In this document: in pieces, positions 1-7,532 of the stretch
Numbering within the stretch: position 1 is the first letter of the stretch
Layout of the letters: every line of letters starts with the position of its first letter
NCBI GenBank assembly: GCA_012719455.1
Contig: JAAYAJ010000019.1
Coordinates: 273-64,272 of the forward strand
Length of the DNA stretch: 64,000 nucleotides
Origin: Acidobacteriota bacterium
GTDB taxonomy: Bacteria > Acidobacteriota > UBA6911
Direction: 5' to 3'
Notes under the pieces: model-generated
Databases searched by the model: none
The model's input: the letters and a program-made list of their open reading frames with translations, nothing else
Told to the model about the DNA's origin: nothing
Position numbers and translations under genes: made by a program

Positions 1-624
1 GGACTTTATGAATTTGCTGGGTGCTCGGGAACGGATAGCCAGTGCAATAGTTGGCGTGAACTCTTTGATAAGGGGATTGCTGACGCGAGGAAGGGGCTGG
101 CATCAGGAAAACTTTCGAAAGCAGAAAAGAATAAACTTGAGGCCATTCTGGATTATCTCGGTACTTCCGGAGATGGTAATGACGTACGAATAGCCTTCGG
201 ACCAATTGATGGCGATGCTACGGGAATATCGCCGGGGAAAGATAAAATAAAACTTGATATGGCGAAGATTGAGTCTGATTTTCAGAGGCCCGAAATGGCA
301 AAGTTTGATTTGGCCGTTCACGTAGGAGCTATCGGCGTTCACGAGGCCACCCACAGTCGTGATATGGTTAAGGGGATATTCAATTTCTCTATAAGAAGAG
401 GCTCGCATTTGAACGAAGATTGGGCTGCTTTCAAAGCTGCCGAATTACGTGCCTATGAAATCCAAAGCTATGTATTCAAAGGTCTAAACATTTCCTCTCG
501 AGACGGTCTGTGGAACACTTCTTGGGATGCGGCATACCGAGAAACTCTGCGCAGCATAGGAGTCCAGCAAGGGGCGCAAAGAAGTCTTCATGCGATCAAA
601 AAGAAAATCAATCGCAAGGAGTAA
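1..624 (+). CDS. 3' end of a larger ORF (5' truncated by the window edge). Candidate polymorphic-toxin C-terminal tip with an HExxH zinc-metallopeptidase-like motif.
   Basis: Frame 1 is open from nt 1 to TAA 622-624. HEATH motif at 340-354 in the context AIGVHEATHSRD. AT-rich sequence. Followed 4 nt later by a small exported ORF. Rhs core-end remnants lie downstream in the same locus. Confidence 0.6.
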   Translation, partial: GLYEFAGCSGTDSQCNSWRELFDKGIADARKGLASGKLSKAEKNKLEAILDYLGTSGDGNDVRIAFGPIDGDATGISPGKDKIKLDMAKIESDFQRPEMAKFDLAVHVGAIGVHEATHSRDMVKGIFNFSIRRGSHLNEDWAAFKAAELRAYEIQSYVFKGLNISSRDGLWNTSWDAAYRETLRSIGVQQGAQRSLHAIKKKINRKE

Positions 625-628
625 TGCT

Positions 629-1090
629 ATGCCACACAAACGATCTGCTCCGATTCTTGCCGTGATTGTTTTGCTCGCCGCTATTCCGACTCTAAGCTGC
701 CATCAGGCGGCTGTTTCGGCGAGTATTTCTGACCTCAAATCGTATCCCTTGAATTATGACGGCAAAATTGTTCGAGTCAGTGGTTGGCTAACATCGGAAC
801 ACTTGGGAGTTTTTGTTGAGAGCGAAAATCGCCAAGATGCAATTCGCCTAAGATCGCCGGATGTGGTCGCCACTCGATTACCCGTGCAAAGAGATTACCT
901 TTTCGATAAATTTTGGAAAATGGTGGAAACGAAAATAGACGATTCAGGCTCAAGAGGGATACATGTTGAATTAGATGGATTATTCAGAGTGTTGAAGAAA
1001 GATGGGAAGCCGGCTGAGGAATTTTTTGTCTTTGGTCAATGGCCCGAAGAAATCATCACGCTCCGCATTAGGAAAATCATTAATAAGTAG
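629..1090 (+). CDS. Small exported protein (signal peptide, possible lipoprotein). Candidate immunity protein for the upstream tip.
   Basis: ATG 629 is preceded by AAGGAG (616-621) and lies 4 nt after the upstream stop. N-terminus is MPHKRSAPILAVIVLLAAIPTLSC. No family recognised. Confidence 0.5.
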   Translation: MPHKRSAPILAVIVLLAAIPTLSCHQAAVSASISDLKSYPLNYDGKIVRVSGWLTSEHLGVFVESENRQDAIRLRSPDVVATRLPVQRDYLFDKFWKMVETKIDDSGSRGIHVELDGLFRVLKKDGKPAEEFFVFGQWPEEIITLRIRKIINK

Positions 1091-1128
1091 TTTTAAAAAT
1101 GGGTAGCATGAGCCTTAGGTGAAAAACT

Positions 1129-1692
1129 ATGGCGCTCACTCTCTTACTGGCGTTTCTTCTCATACAGGCGCCAGGACTTGGGGCAATGAACTCATGCCGA
1201 TTAGTAGTCGAGGCTGAAGAAGATGGTTTGCTCGGCAAAGAAGGCAAGCCCTTAGGCCCGGCGGTGTTGTTTAGCGATCCGGTTACGATTCCGGCTTTCC
1301 GGATGCGTTTTGTTGACAGTAAATCGGGGCAGCTTGTAGTTCCCTCAACGATCACCATCGCGTACGTCTGGAAGTGGCTTAAATATCCTTATCCCGAACA
1401 CTCCTGGGGGGTTTGGTCTTCAGCTAGTGATGTCGTTGAATGTTTTGAACCCAGTGCTGAAATACAGGTCCCCGAATTTAAAGTACGTCCACGCGGCTGG
1501 TACGACGGCAAGTATGTTAAGTTTCCATTCTGGAGACGCCCGTCATTTGAGGGGATACACATTGTTCTGACGCTTAACGGCAGTACTGCCCGCTCTACCA
1601 TTTCGCCTAAGCAATCTATGAGGTTGAAGAACAAAACTGCAGTGTTCAGAGTTAACTGCACTGGAGACTCGACCATTGTTGTAGGAAAGTAG
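1129..1692 (+). CDS. Hypothetical secreted protein
   Basis: 187-aa ORF with an AGGTGA Shine-Dalgarno upstream and a hydrophobic N-terminus (MALTLLLAFLLIQAPGLGA). AT-rich like its neighbours. No family recognised. Confidence 0.45.
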   Translation: MALTLLLAFLLIQAPGLGAMNSCRLVVEAEEDGLLGKEGKPLGPAVLFSDPVTIPAFRMRFVDSKSGQLVVPSTITIAYVWKWLKYPYPEHSWGVWSSASDVVECFEPSAEIQVPEFKVRPRGWYDGKYVKFPFWRRPSFEGIHIVLTLNGSTARSTISPKQSMRLKNKTAVFRVNCTGDSTIVVGK

Positions 1693-1717
1693 TGGGGGGG
1701 CCCTTTGTCCGGGGTCG

Positions 1718-2566
1718 ATGCCAGCTAAGTCGAATACCGCGTCGGGGATGCCGGTATGTTTGTGGCGGGAAGGCACAGGATCCCGTAGTTCCGGCAAAGA
1801 ACGGGATGCCGATACGGGGTTGGATTACTTCGGGACGAGGTACTACGGCGGCGCACAGGGGAGATTTCTGACCGTAGATCCCGGTCCGTTTGCAATCGCT
1901 GATCCGCAAAGCTGGAATCGATATTCATACGTTCAAAACAATCCCCTTAAATTTATTGATCCTACTGGCAAGATGTTGGTTCTAAATGGAACTGATGCGG
2001 AGGATCTTGTTGACGAGCTAGAGTTAAAGACAGGCTATAAGCTAAAAAGAAATAAGAAAGGAAAAATCGAGATTGATTCTAGTGTAAAACGGCAAACAAA
2101 GGGAACCTCGAAGGAATTGGCGAATGAATTGAAAGAAGTAATTGATGATAAAAATACGATATCTATTGATGTCGGACATGATCAGGCAAATGTATTTTTC
2201 GACAACTACTCTACCCAAGAGCTCGATATGTCTGATTACAAAGCTGTAAATAATCAATATCCTAGCCTGGCATCTTCCCTGTTGGGCCATGTTCTTGAAG
2301 AATATCAAACAGCGGCTTCTTTGGGAGGTTTTACGTAAACTAATTTTGCCGCTGCGCATAAAGCTGCATTGGCGGTAGAGGGCAAGATAATGTCTGATTA
2401 CACTCGACAAACTGAACAGCCTCGACAAAATCTTCCCGTGGTCAATTCTCATGTGCAATTCAATTACTCCTCAGTACTGTTTGATGTCCTAGTGAAATCA
2501 AAACCTCCTCAGTGGTCTATTGGGCCAATTATCAAATCACAACCTGCCACGAAGGGAAAACCATGA
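1718..2566 (+). pseudogene. Orphan Rhs core-end plus C-terminal toxin-tip cassette, interrupted by an in-frame TAA at 2336-2338
   Basis: GKERDADTGLDYFGTRYYGGAQGRFLTVDP ... NRYSYVQNNPLKFIDPTGK is the Rhs-associated core end with the DPxG demarcation (DPTGK at 1958-1972). The same frame continues past TAA 2336 to TGA 2564-2566. That TGA overlaps the ATG of the next ORF (ATGA). Confidence 0.6.
1791..1846 (+). repeat. Rhs core-end homology block, copy A (direct repeat of 3155-3210)
   Basis: ccggcaaagaacgggatgccgatacggggttggattacttcgggacgaggtac... aligns with 3155-3210 with about 6 mismatches over ~56 nt. It is a local GC-rich patch inside AT-rich DNA. Confidence 0.75.
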
Positions 2567-2976
2567 ATAAACTGGGCGGTTTAGCAGTGATATTGGTGAT
2601 TGTGCTCTGCATCTCTTCATATGGTGGAAACGATAATGATATTTGCTTTGAGGGAAAAATCGAAAAGATGGCTCCTCCCACATTCGCTAGTGGAGTAGTG
2701 CCAGCATATCGTCTTGTGCGCTACCAAGTTATTCGCGTTTTAAAGGGTACATATAGAGAAAGAGAAATTGTTGTTGATCACCTGGTGATGGATGTGGACG
2801 AGCTAGAGAAGTATCATCCCGGCGATATAGTATGCTTGTGTGTCGAAAAGGTACGGCAGCCACTGCAGAGATGGAATGCAAAAGGCATTCGCGATCCCGA
2901 TGAAAGAGTGCAATGGTACTTTATTGATAAGGATCTACACAAAGGCAATTGTAAAGGGCCCAATATTGAAAAATAG
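2563..2976 (+). CDS. Small exported protein. Candidate immunity protein for the orphan tip.
   Basis: ATG 2563 follows GAAGGG (2551-2556) and overlaps the stop of the toxin frame (ATGA). N-terminus is MNKLGGLAVILVIVLCISS. No family recognised. Confidence 0.5.
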   Translation: MNKLGGLAVILVIVLCISSYGGNDNDICFEGKIEKMAPPTFASGVVPAYRLVRYQVIRVLKGTYREREIVVDHLVMDVDELEKYHPGDIVCLCVEKVRQPLQRWNAKGIRDPDERVQWYFIDKDLHKGNCKGPNIEK

Positions 2977-3154
2977 CATGTGATAGATCGATTTGCTCAG
3001 CTCAAGATTAGCTCTTCGAACCGAGTATTGATCTTGATATGGGTATTCGGGGACAGGCTGCGCAATCGCCGAATCCATCTATGATGGGAAGCATATGAGT
3101 ATGATTGATTCAGGCTCATGCTCATCAACAATTCTTTATTAACCTCCCGGTTTA

Positions 3155-3245
3155 CCGGCAAAGAACGGGATGCCGAAACGGGGCTGGATTACTTCAGGGA
3201 GAGGTACCACTCGGGGCACAGGGAAGGTTCATGACGCCGGATTGG
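3155..3245 (+). pseudogene. Frameshifted Rhs core-end remnant (copy B of the repeat)
   Basis: GKERDAETGLDYFRERYH reads in one frame and GAQGRFMTPDW in another. There is no DPxG motif or tip after it. Confidence 0.6.
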
Positions 3246-3289
3246 TCGTTCATGGTCCACGAGGGCGGCAAGCGCCGGGGGATAAGGCC

Positions 3290-3612
3290 TGGGGGCCCTA
3301 TAAAAGCTTTAGAACGGCCTTTCAAAGCGCCTGTCGACGTGCTAACCTTTCGGGCGTTGCGCCGCAAATCCTCCGGCACTGGCTCGCAAGCCGGTTGGTT
3401 ATGCGGGGGCCGATCTTCGGACGGTTCAGGAATTGGGAGGCTGGAAGAGCTTGAATATGGTTCGGCGATATGCGCACCTCAGCCAGGAGCACAAGCGCCA
3501 GGCCATAGAACCGCTTGCCAAGAATTCCCCTGCAGTTTTCACTAATGCAGGGGAATCGGCCAGCGCCCCAGAAACCCGTAACATCAAGGCTGTAAATAGT
3601 TTGGGCCGTTAG
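3290..3612 (+). pseudogene. Decayed tyrosine recombinase (phage integrase family) C-terminal fragment
   Basis: KSFRTAFQSACRRANL...LRHWLASRLVMRG reads in frame 2. After a 1-nt shift near 3406, ADLRTVQELGGWKSLNMVRRYAHLSQEHKRQAIEPL reads in frame 1 (R-H...Y catalytic C-terminus). The N-terminal part is missing. Stop TAG 3610-3612 lies inside tRNA-Lys. Confidence 0.7.
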
Positions 3613-3678
3613 CTCAGTCGGCAGAGCATCTGCCTTTTAAGCAGAGGGTCGCTGGTTCGAGTCCAGCACGGCTCACCA
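3603..3678 (+). tRNA. tRNA-Lys (anticodon UUU), CCA encoded
   Basis: Cloverleaf folded by hand: acceptor GGGCCGT/ACGGCTC, D arm GCTC/GAGC, anticodon stem TCTGC/GCAGA with loop CTTTTAA, T arm GCTGG-TTCGAGT-CCAGC. Confidence 0.93.
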
Positions 3679-3700
3679 ACATCCCCCGGTTTTTCCCGCG

Positions 3701-4393
3701 CTAATTGGAAAGATTCTTCGGCGACTTCCGGTTGAGGATGTCGACCAGGGCCTTCGCCGCGGGTGGCATGCGCACCGCCCCCTTCAGGATGATGTCTTCG
3801 GCATCGAGCTTTTTGCCATAGAGGTTCTTGTTGGCCCCCCCGTCGGAGCGCAGGGTGGAGCCTTCGAGCGAGACGCCCGCAAACAGCCCACGCGAACGGG
3901 AGTAGCTGAGGATTTCGGCATTGAGCACGACATCGGTGGCGGCGCTCGCGGTGCGCCCCTTGGGGCCGGCGGCGGCCGCGGCATCGGCGCCCAGCTTGAC
4001 CTTGCTCTTCAGCACGGACTTGGCCCCCCTGTCGTTCATGATCAGCAGCACGAAATCGGTGGCCTGTCCGCCCAGCTGGAAGCCGATATTCGCCCCCTCG
4101 AGCGCATACATGGCCGGGACCCCCCAGGGGCCGCGGTAGTCGGCGCCGCCGCGACAGATCATGGCGCCCCTGCCGTAGCTGCCGCCCAGGCCGATGGCGA
4201 ATTTCTTCACCGAGGGGAAGACCACCACGCATTCGGCCTTGTCAAGAAGCTCGGCCGGAATGGCATCGGGCACATCGAGAATCTCCTTCATGACGATGCC
4301 GCATTGTTCCAGGCGCTCGCGCTCCTTGCTCTGCGCGGGCAGGAGGGGAACGGTGAACAGGAGCATGAGCACTGCCATCCATGATCGTTTCAT
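3701..4393 (-). CDS. SYLF (Ysc84/DUF500) lipid-binding domain protein, secreted
   Basis: Signal peptide followed by FAIGLGGSYGRG...GFQLGG...LGADAAAAAGPKGR...SYSRSRGLFAGVSLEGS, which is typical of the SYLF domain. Confidence 0.75.
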   Translation of the reverse strand: MKRSWMAVLMLLFTVPLLPAQSKERERLEQCGIVMKEILDVPDAIPAELLDKAECVVVFPSVKKFAIGLGGSYGRGAMICRGGADYRGPWGVPAMYALEGANIGFQLGGQATDFVLLIMNDRGAKSVLKSKVKLGADAAAAAGPKGRTASAATDVVLNAEILSYSRSRGLFAGVSLEGSTLRSDGGANKNLYGKKLDAEDIILKGAVRMPPAAKALVDILNRKSPKNLSN

Positions 4394-4546
4394 TGGTGTT
4401 TCCTCCGGAAAAGATTCAGCGTTTCATTTTCGGAGCCATTATACGCGCCCGGCGGGCGAATGACAAAGAAGAGGACGGCCGGGTGTGCGCGCAGCGGGCA
4501 CGACCGGGGAAAACAGGAGTAAGCAAGATTTTGGCGCTTCCCGACC

Positions 4547-4575
4547 TTGAAATGCGGTGGGAAACATGCCAAAAT
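4547..4575 (+). promoter_or_regulatory. Sigma70-like promoter candidate for tRNA-Glu
   Basis: TTGAAA (4547-4552), a 17-nt spacer, then CAAAAT (4570-4575). The tRNA starts at 4594. Confidence 0.35.
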
Positions 4576-4593
4576 GTCTCGATTTTGGGTCGC

Positions 4594-4670
4594 GTCCCTA
4601 TCGTCTAGTCGGCCTAGGACACCGCGCTTTCAATGCGGCAACACGGGTTCGAATCCCGTTGGGGACGCCA
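4594..4670 (+). tRNA. tRNA-Glu (anticodon UUC), CCA encoded
   Basis: GTCCCTA...TGGGGAC acceptor stem, anticodon stem CCGCG/TGCGG with loop CTTTCAA, T loop GGGTTCGAATCCC. Confidence 0.9.
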
Positions 4671-4745
4671 ACCTCTTTTTTTTCCTTCATGGCGAGTAAG
4701 AAGCCCCGGTGCGCCGCAGGCTCGATCAGCGGGCCATTTCCCGCC

Positions 4746-4775
4746 TTGAGTCATCCTTTGCAAAAGGTTTATAAT
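4746..4775 (+). promoter_or_regulatory. Sigma70-like promoter candidate upstream of the SDR gene
   Basis: TTGAGT (4746-4751), an 18-nt spacer, then TATAAT (4770-4775), followed by a ~100-nt leader to ATG 4874. Confidence 0.35.
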
Positions 4776-4873
4776 CGCCTGCGGGCATGGTGAGCCGCTG
4801 CTGTCGCTGGACGCCGCGGGCTCTGCCGCACGGAAGACTCCATCAAAGGAACAATCATTAGGAGATAATATTC

Positions 4874-5683
4874 ATGAGACTTGACGGTAAAGTGGCACTG
4901 ATCACGGGAGGTGCCAGGGGTATCGGCGCCGCGATTGCAAAACGGTTTGTGGACGACGGGGCCAAGATCGTCATCAGCGACATACAGGCCGACCTCCTCG
5001 ACGAGGGGGTCAAGAACCTGAAGAGCGGCATGGCGATGGCTTGCCCGGGCGATGTCACCAAATGGGAAGATGTACAGAAGATGGTGGACGCCACGGTGAG
5101 CTTCGGCGGCAAGATCGACATCCTGGTCAACAACGCGGGGATCGATCCCGGCGGGAGCATCGTGGACATCGATATCGCGCTCTGGAAGAAGATCCTGGAC
5201 GTCAACCTGAACGGCCCCTTCTACTGCATGCGGGCGGCCATCCCCCACATGATCAAGCAGGGCGGGGGATCGATCGTGAGTATCGCCTCGCTGGCGGGCG
5301 TGCGTTGCCTCCCCTCGATGCCGGCCTATTGCTCCTCGAAGGGGGGCCTGATGCAGCTGGCACGGCAGGCGGCTCTCGAATACGGGCCGAAGGGGATCCG
5401 GAGCAACATCGTGGCTCCCGGCGCCACCCGGACGGAAATGCTGGTCAACGCGATGGCGGGGCTGTCGAAGGTCATCCAGAAGGACGCCTTCGAGGTACTG
5501 ACCGGGGACGTGCCGTTGCGCCGCGCCGCGACGCCGGATGAAATCACGGGAGCGGTCTCCTTCCTCGCGAGCGACGACGCCTCCTTCATTAACGGCGCGT
5601 TCCTGCTCGTAGACGGCGGCGCCGCCATCGTGGATGTCTCGGGCGCCGCCGTGGCCAAGGCCGGAGCGGGCTGGGGAGTGTAG
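4874..5683 (+). CDS. Short-chain dehydrogenase/reductase (SDR) family oxidoreductase
   Basis: TGGARGIGAAIA Rossmann motif, NNAG, and S...YxxxK (YCSSK). RBS AGGAGA upstream. Confidence 0.85.
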   Translation: MRLDGKVALITGGARGIGAAIAKRFVDDGAKIVISDIQADLLDEGVKNLKSGMAMACPGDVTKWEDVQKMVDATVSFGGKIDILVNNAGIDPGGSIVDIDIALWKKILDVNLNGPFYCMRAAIPHMIKQGGGSIVSIASLAGVRCLPSMPAYCSSKGGLMQLARQAALEYGPKGIRSNIVAPGATRTEMLVNAMAGLSKVIQKDAFEVLTGDVPLRRAATPDEITGAVSFLASDDASFINGAFLLVDGGAAIVDVSGAAVAKAGAGWGV

Positions 5684-5729
5684 GTTTTCGGGATTGCGGA
5701 TCCACTGGATCCCGGAAAGGCAAGCCAAG

Positions 5730-5756
5730 GGGGGCGGGAATCGGATTCCCGCCCCC
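5730..5756. terminator. Bidirectional hairpin between convergent genes
   Basis: GGGGGCGGGAATC-g-GATTCCCGCCCCC is a perfect 13-bp inverted repeat, followed by TTCGTGTTT. Confidence 0.55.
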
Positions 5757-5772
5757 TTCGTGTTTCAGGAAG

Positions 5773-6216
5773 TCAGTTGCTCGCCACCATGGGGTGGCCA
5801 AGTTCCACCCACCGCAGCGAACCGCCGCTCAACACCTTGATCTTGTCGCGCTCGTAGCCGAGGATGTACAGTTCGTCGGCGATCATGGCGCTGCTGGCGT
5901 CGTCGGTGCAGTCGCAGTAGGTGACGACCAGCTTGTCCATCGGCAAGGCCATCAGCATCATCTGCCGCTCCATGGGGTCGCCGGTGGAATCGTAGTAGAT
6001 GTTGATCGCGCCCTTGATGTGACCGGCCGTGTAGCTGCCGGCGTCCCGTACGTCCACCACGATGAAGTCCCCTCCGTCGTCGACCATCTTCTTCAACTCT
6101 TCCACCGAGATCCGGGGGATTTCCGGAAGCACCACGTTTTCCTCCGCCGCCGCGACCCCGATCGCGGGGAGAAGTAACAGCGTCATCATCAGGGTAGCCA
6201 AACCGTTTATCTTCAT
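5773..6216 (-). CDS. Rhodanese-like domain protein with signal peptide
   Basis: MKINGLATLMMTLLLLPAIGVAAA, then VVDVRD..Y..GHIKGAINI and the VTYCDC active-site region. Start chosen at 6216 after GAGAGGA. Confidence 0.75.
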   Translation of the reverse strand: MKINGLATLMMTLLLLPAIGVAAAEENVVLPEIPRISVEELKKMVDDGGDFIVVDVRDAGSYTAGHIKGAINIYYDSTGDPMERQMMLMALPMDKLVVTYCDCTDDASSAMIADELYILGYERDKIKVLSGGSLRWVELGHPMVASN

Positions 6217-6437
6217 TTTTCCTCTCTTTGCGGTCGCTGCAAAATCTTGCAGAATTCGTTGGTATCGCCTTCGCTTTAAGTTTAACCGGCCCGCCGCTCG
6301 TGTCAATCTAATGCTTGTGTCTCCCGGCGGAATGACTTATAAGTAAATTGCTGCAAGCACAGTGCTCCGGTCTTGATAACCGCCGGGTTCCAGATTCGGG
6401 TGGCAGTCAAAAAAAAGATACTTTTGGGAGGATTACG

Positions 6438-7532
6438 ATGAAGATCAAAGCAGCCGTAGTGCGCGAAAAGGGGGGACCGTTCCTCCTCGAAGAGATCGAG
6501 TTGGACGAACCGAGGGCCGACGAGATCCTGGTGCGCATCGTCAGTTCCGGACTCTGTCACACGGACCTGGTGGCGCGCATGCAGTACCTGCCCATACCGC
6601 TTCCCGGCGTATTCGGGCACGAGGGCGCGGGCGTCGTGGAAAAGGTGGGGTCCCAGGTGACCGCGGTGAAGCCGGGCGACCACGTGGCGACGAGCTACAT
6701 GTCTTGCGGCGTTTGCCCCGCGTGCAAGACGGCCCGGCCGGCCTGGTGCGCCGAGTTCCGCCGCCTGAACTTCGGCGGGCGGCGTAACGACGGGACCGCG
6801 ACCATGAAAAAGGGAACGGAGACCATTTACGGCTCCTTCTTCGGGCAGTCCACCTTCGCCACGCACGCCCTGGTGACCGAGCGCAACGTCGTCAAGGTGC
6901 GCCAGGACGTGCCGCTGGAGATTCTCAGCCCCATGGGTTGCGGCATCCAGACCGGCGCCGGCGGAGTCTTCAATTCGCTCAAGCCGGAACCCGGGTCGAA
7001 CATCGTCATCTTCGGGATCGGCCCCGTGGGCATCAGCGCCATCATGGCGGCCGTGATCAACGGGTGCACGAGCATCATCGCGGTCGATATCCAGGAGGAA
7101 CGCCTCAAGCTGGCCAAGGAGTTCGGCGCCACCGACGTCATCAATTCGTCCCAGGCGGACGCGGTGGAGGAAATCCGCAAGCTGACGGACGGGGGGGCGC
7201 AGTACACCCTGGAATGCACGGGAATCCCCGCCGTCTTCCGCCAGTCGGTCGACTGCCTCCGGATGGGAGGGGTCTGCGGGCTGATCGGGGTGGCCCCGGT
7301 CGGAATGGAGGCGAAGCTGGAGATGCAGACCATTCTCGACGGGCGCACGATCAAGGGGGTCGTCGAGGGGGACAGCGTCAGCGAACTCTTTATCCCGCAG
7401 CTGATCGAGTTTTACCGCCTCGGCCGTTTCCCCTTCGACCGGCTCCTGACCTTCTACCCGCTTGACAAGATCAACGAGGCGGTCGAGGACGCCGAAAAGG
7501 GAAGGGTGATGAAGGCGATCCTGAAACCCTAA
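6438..7532 (+). CDS. Zinc-type NAD(P)-dependent alcohol dehydrogenase (aryl-alcohol dehydrogenase-like)
   Basis: GLCHTD, GHEGAGVVEKVG, and GIGPVGISAI nucleotide-binding motifs. RBS GGGAGG lies before ATG 6438. Confidence 0.85.
   Translation: MKIKAAVVREKGGPFLLEEIELDEPRADEILVRIVSSGLCHTDLVARMQYLPIPLPGVFGHEGAGVVEKVGSQVTAVKPGDHVATSYMSCGVCPACKTARPAWCAEFRRLNFGGRRNDGTATMKKGTETIYGSFFGQSTFATHALVTERNVVKVRQDVPLEILSPMGCGIQTGAGGVFNSLKPEPGSNIVIFGIGPVGISAIMAAVINGCTSIIAVDIQEERLKLAKEFGATDVINSSQADAVEEIRKLTDGGAQYTLECTGIPAVFRQSVDCLRMGGVCGLIGVAPVGMEAKLEMQTILDGRTIKGVVEGDSVSELFIPQLIEFYRLGRFPFDRLLTFYPLDKINEAVEDAEKGRVMKAILKP

Noticed and set aside
2369-2566. 65-aa ORF considered as an independent small gene, for example an immunity protein for the orphan tip.
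   Set aside because: It is in the same frame as the orphan toxin and separated from it only by a single TAA. It has no convincing Shine-Dalgarno. It is more economically explained as the severed C-terminus of the toxin tip. Kept as part of the pseudogene call, but not excluded.
3609-4232. 207-aa ORF on the minus strand overlapping the SYLF gene and reaching into tRNA-Lys.
   Set aside because: It is an Arg-rich shadow frame of the SYLF-domain gene, and its 3' end lies within the tRNA gene.
4776-4873. Possible riboswitch or leader in the ~100-nt 5' regions upstream of the SDR gene, and similarly at 12139-12237 upstream of the HEAT-repeat gene.
   Set aside because: I could not match any riboswitch consensus I know. 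The GC-rich hairpins are unremarkable in this genome. A covariance-model scan would be needed.
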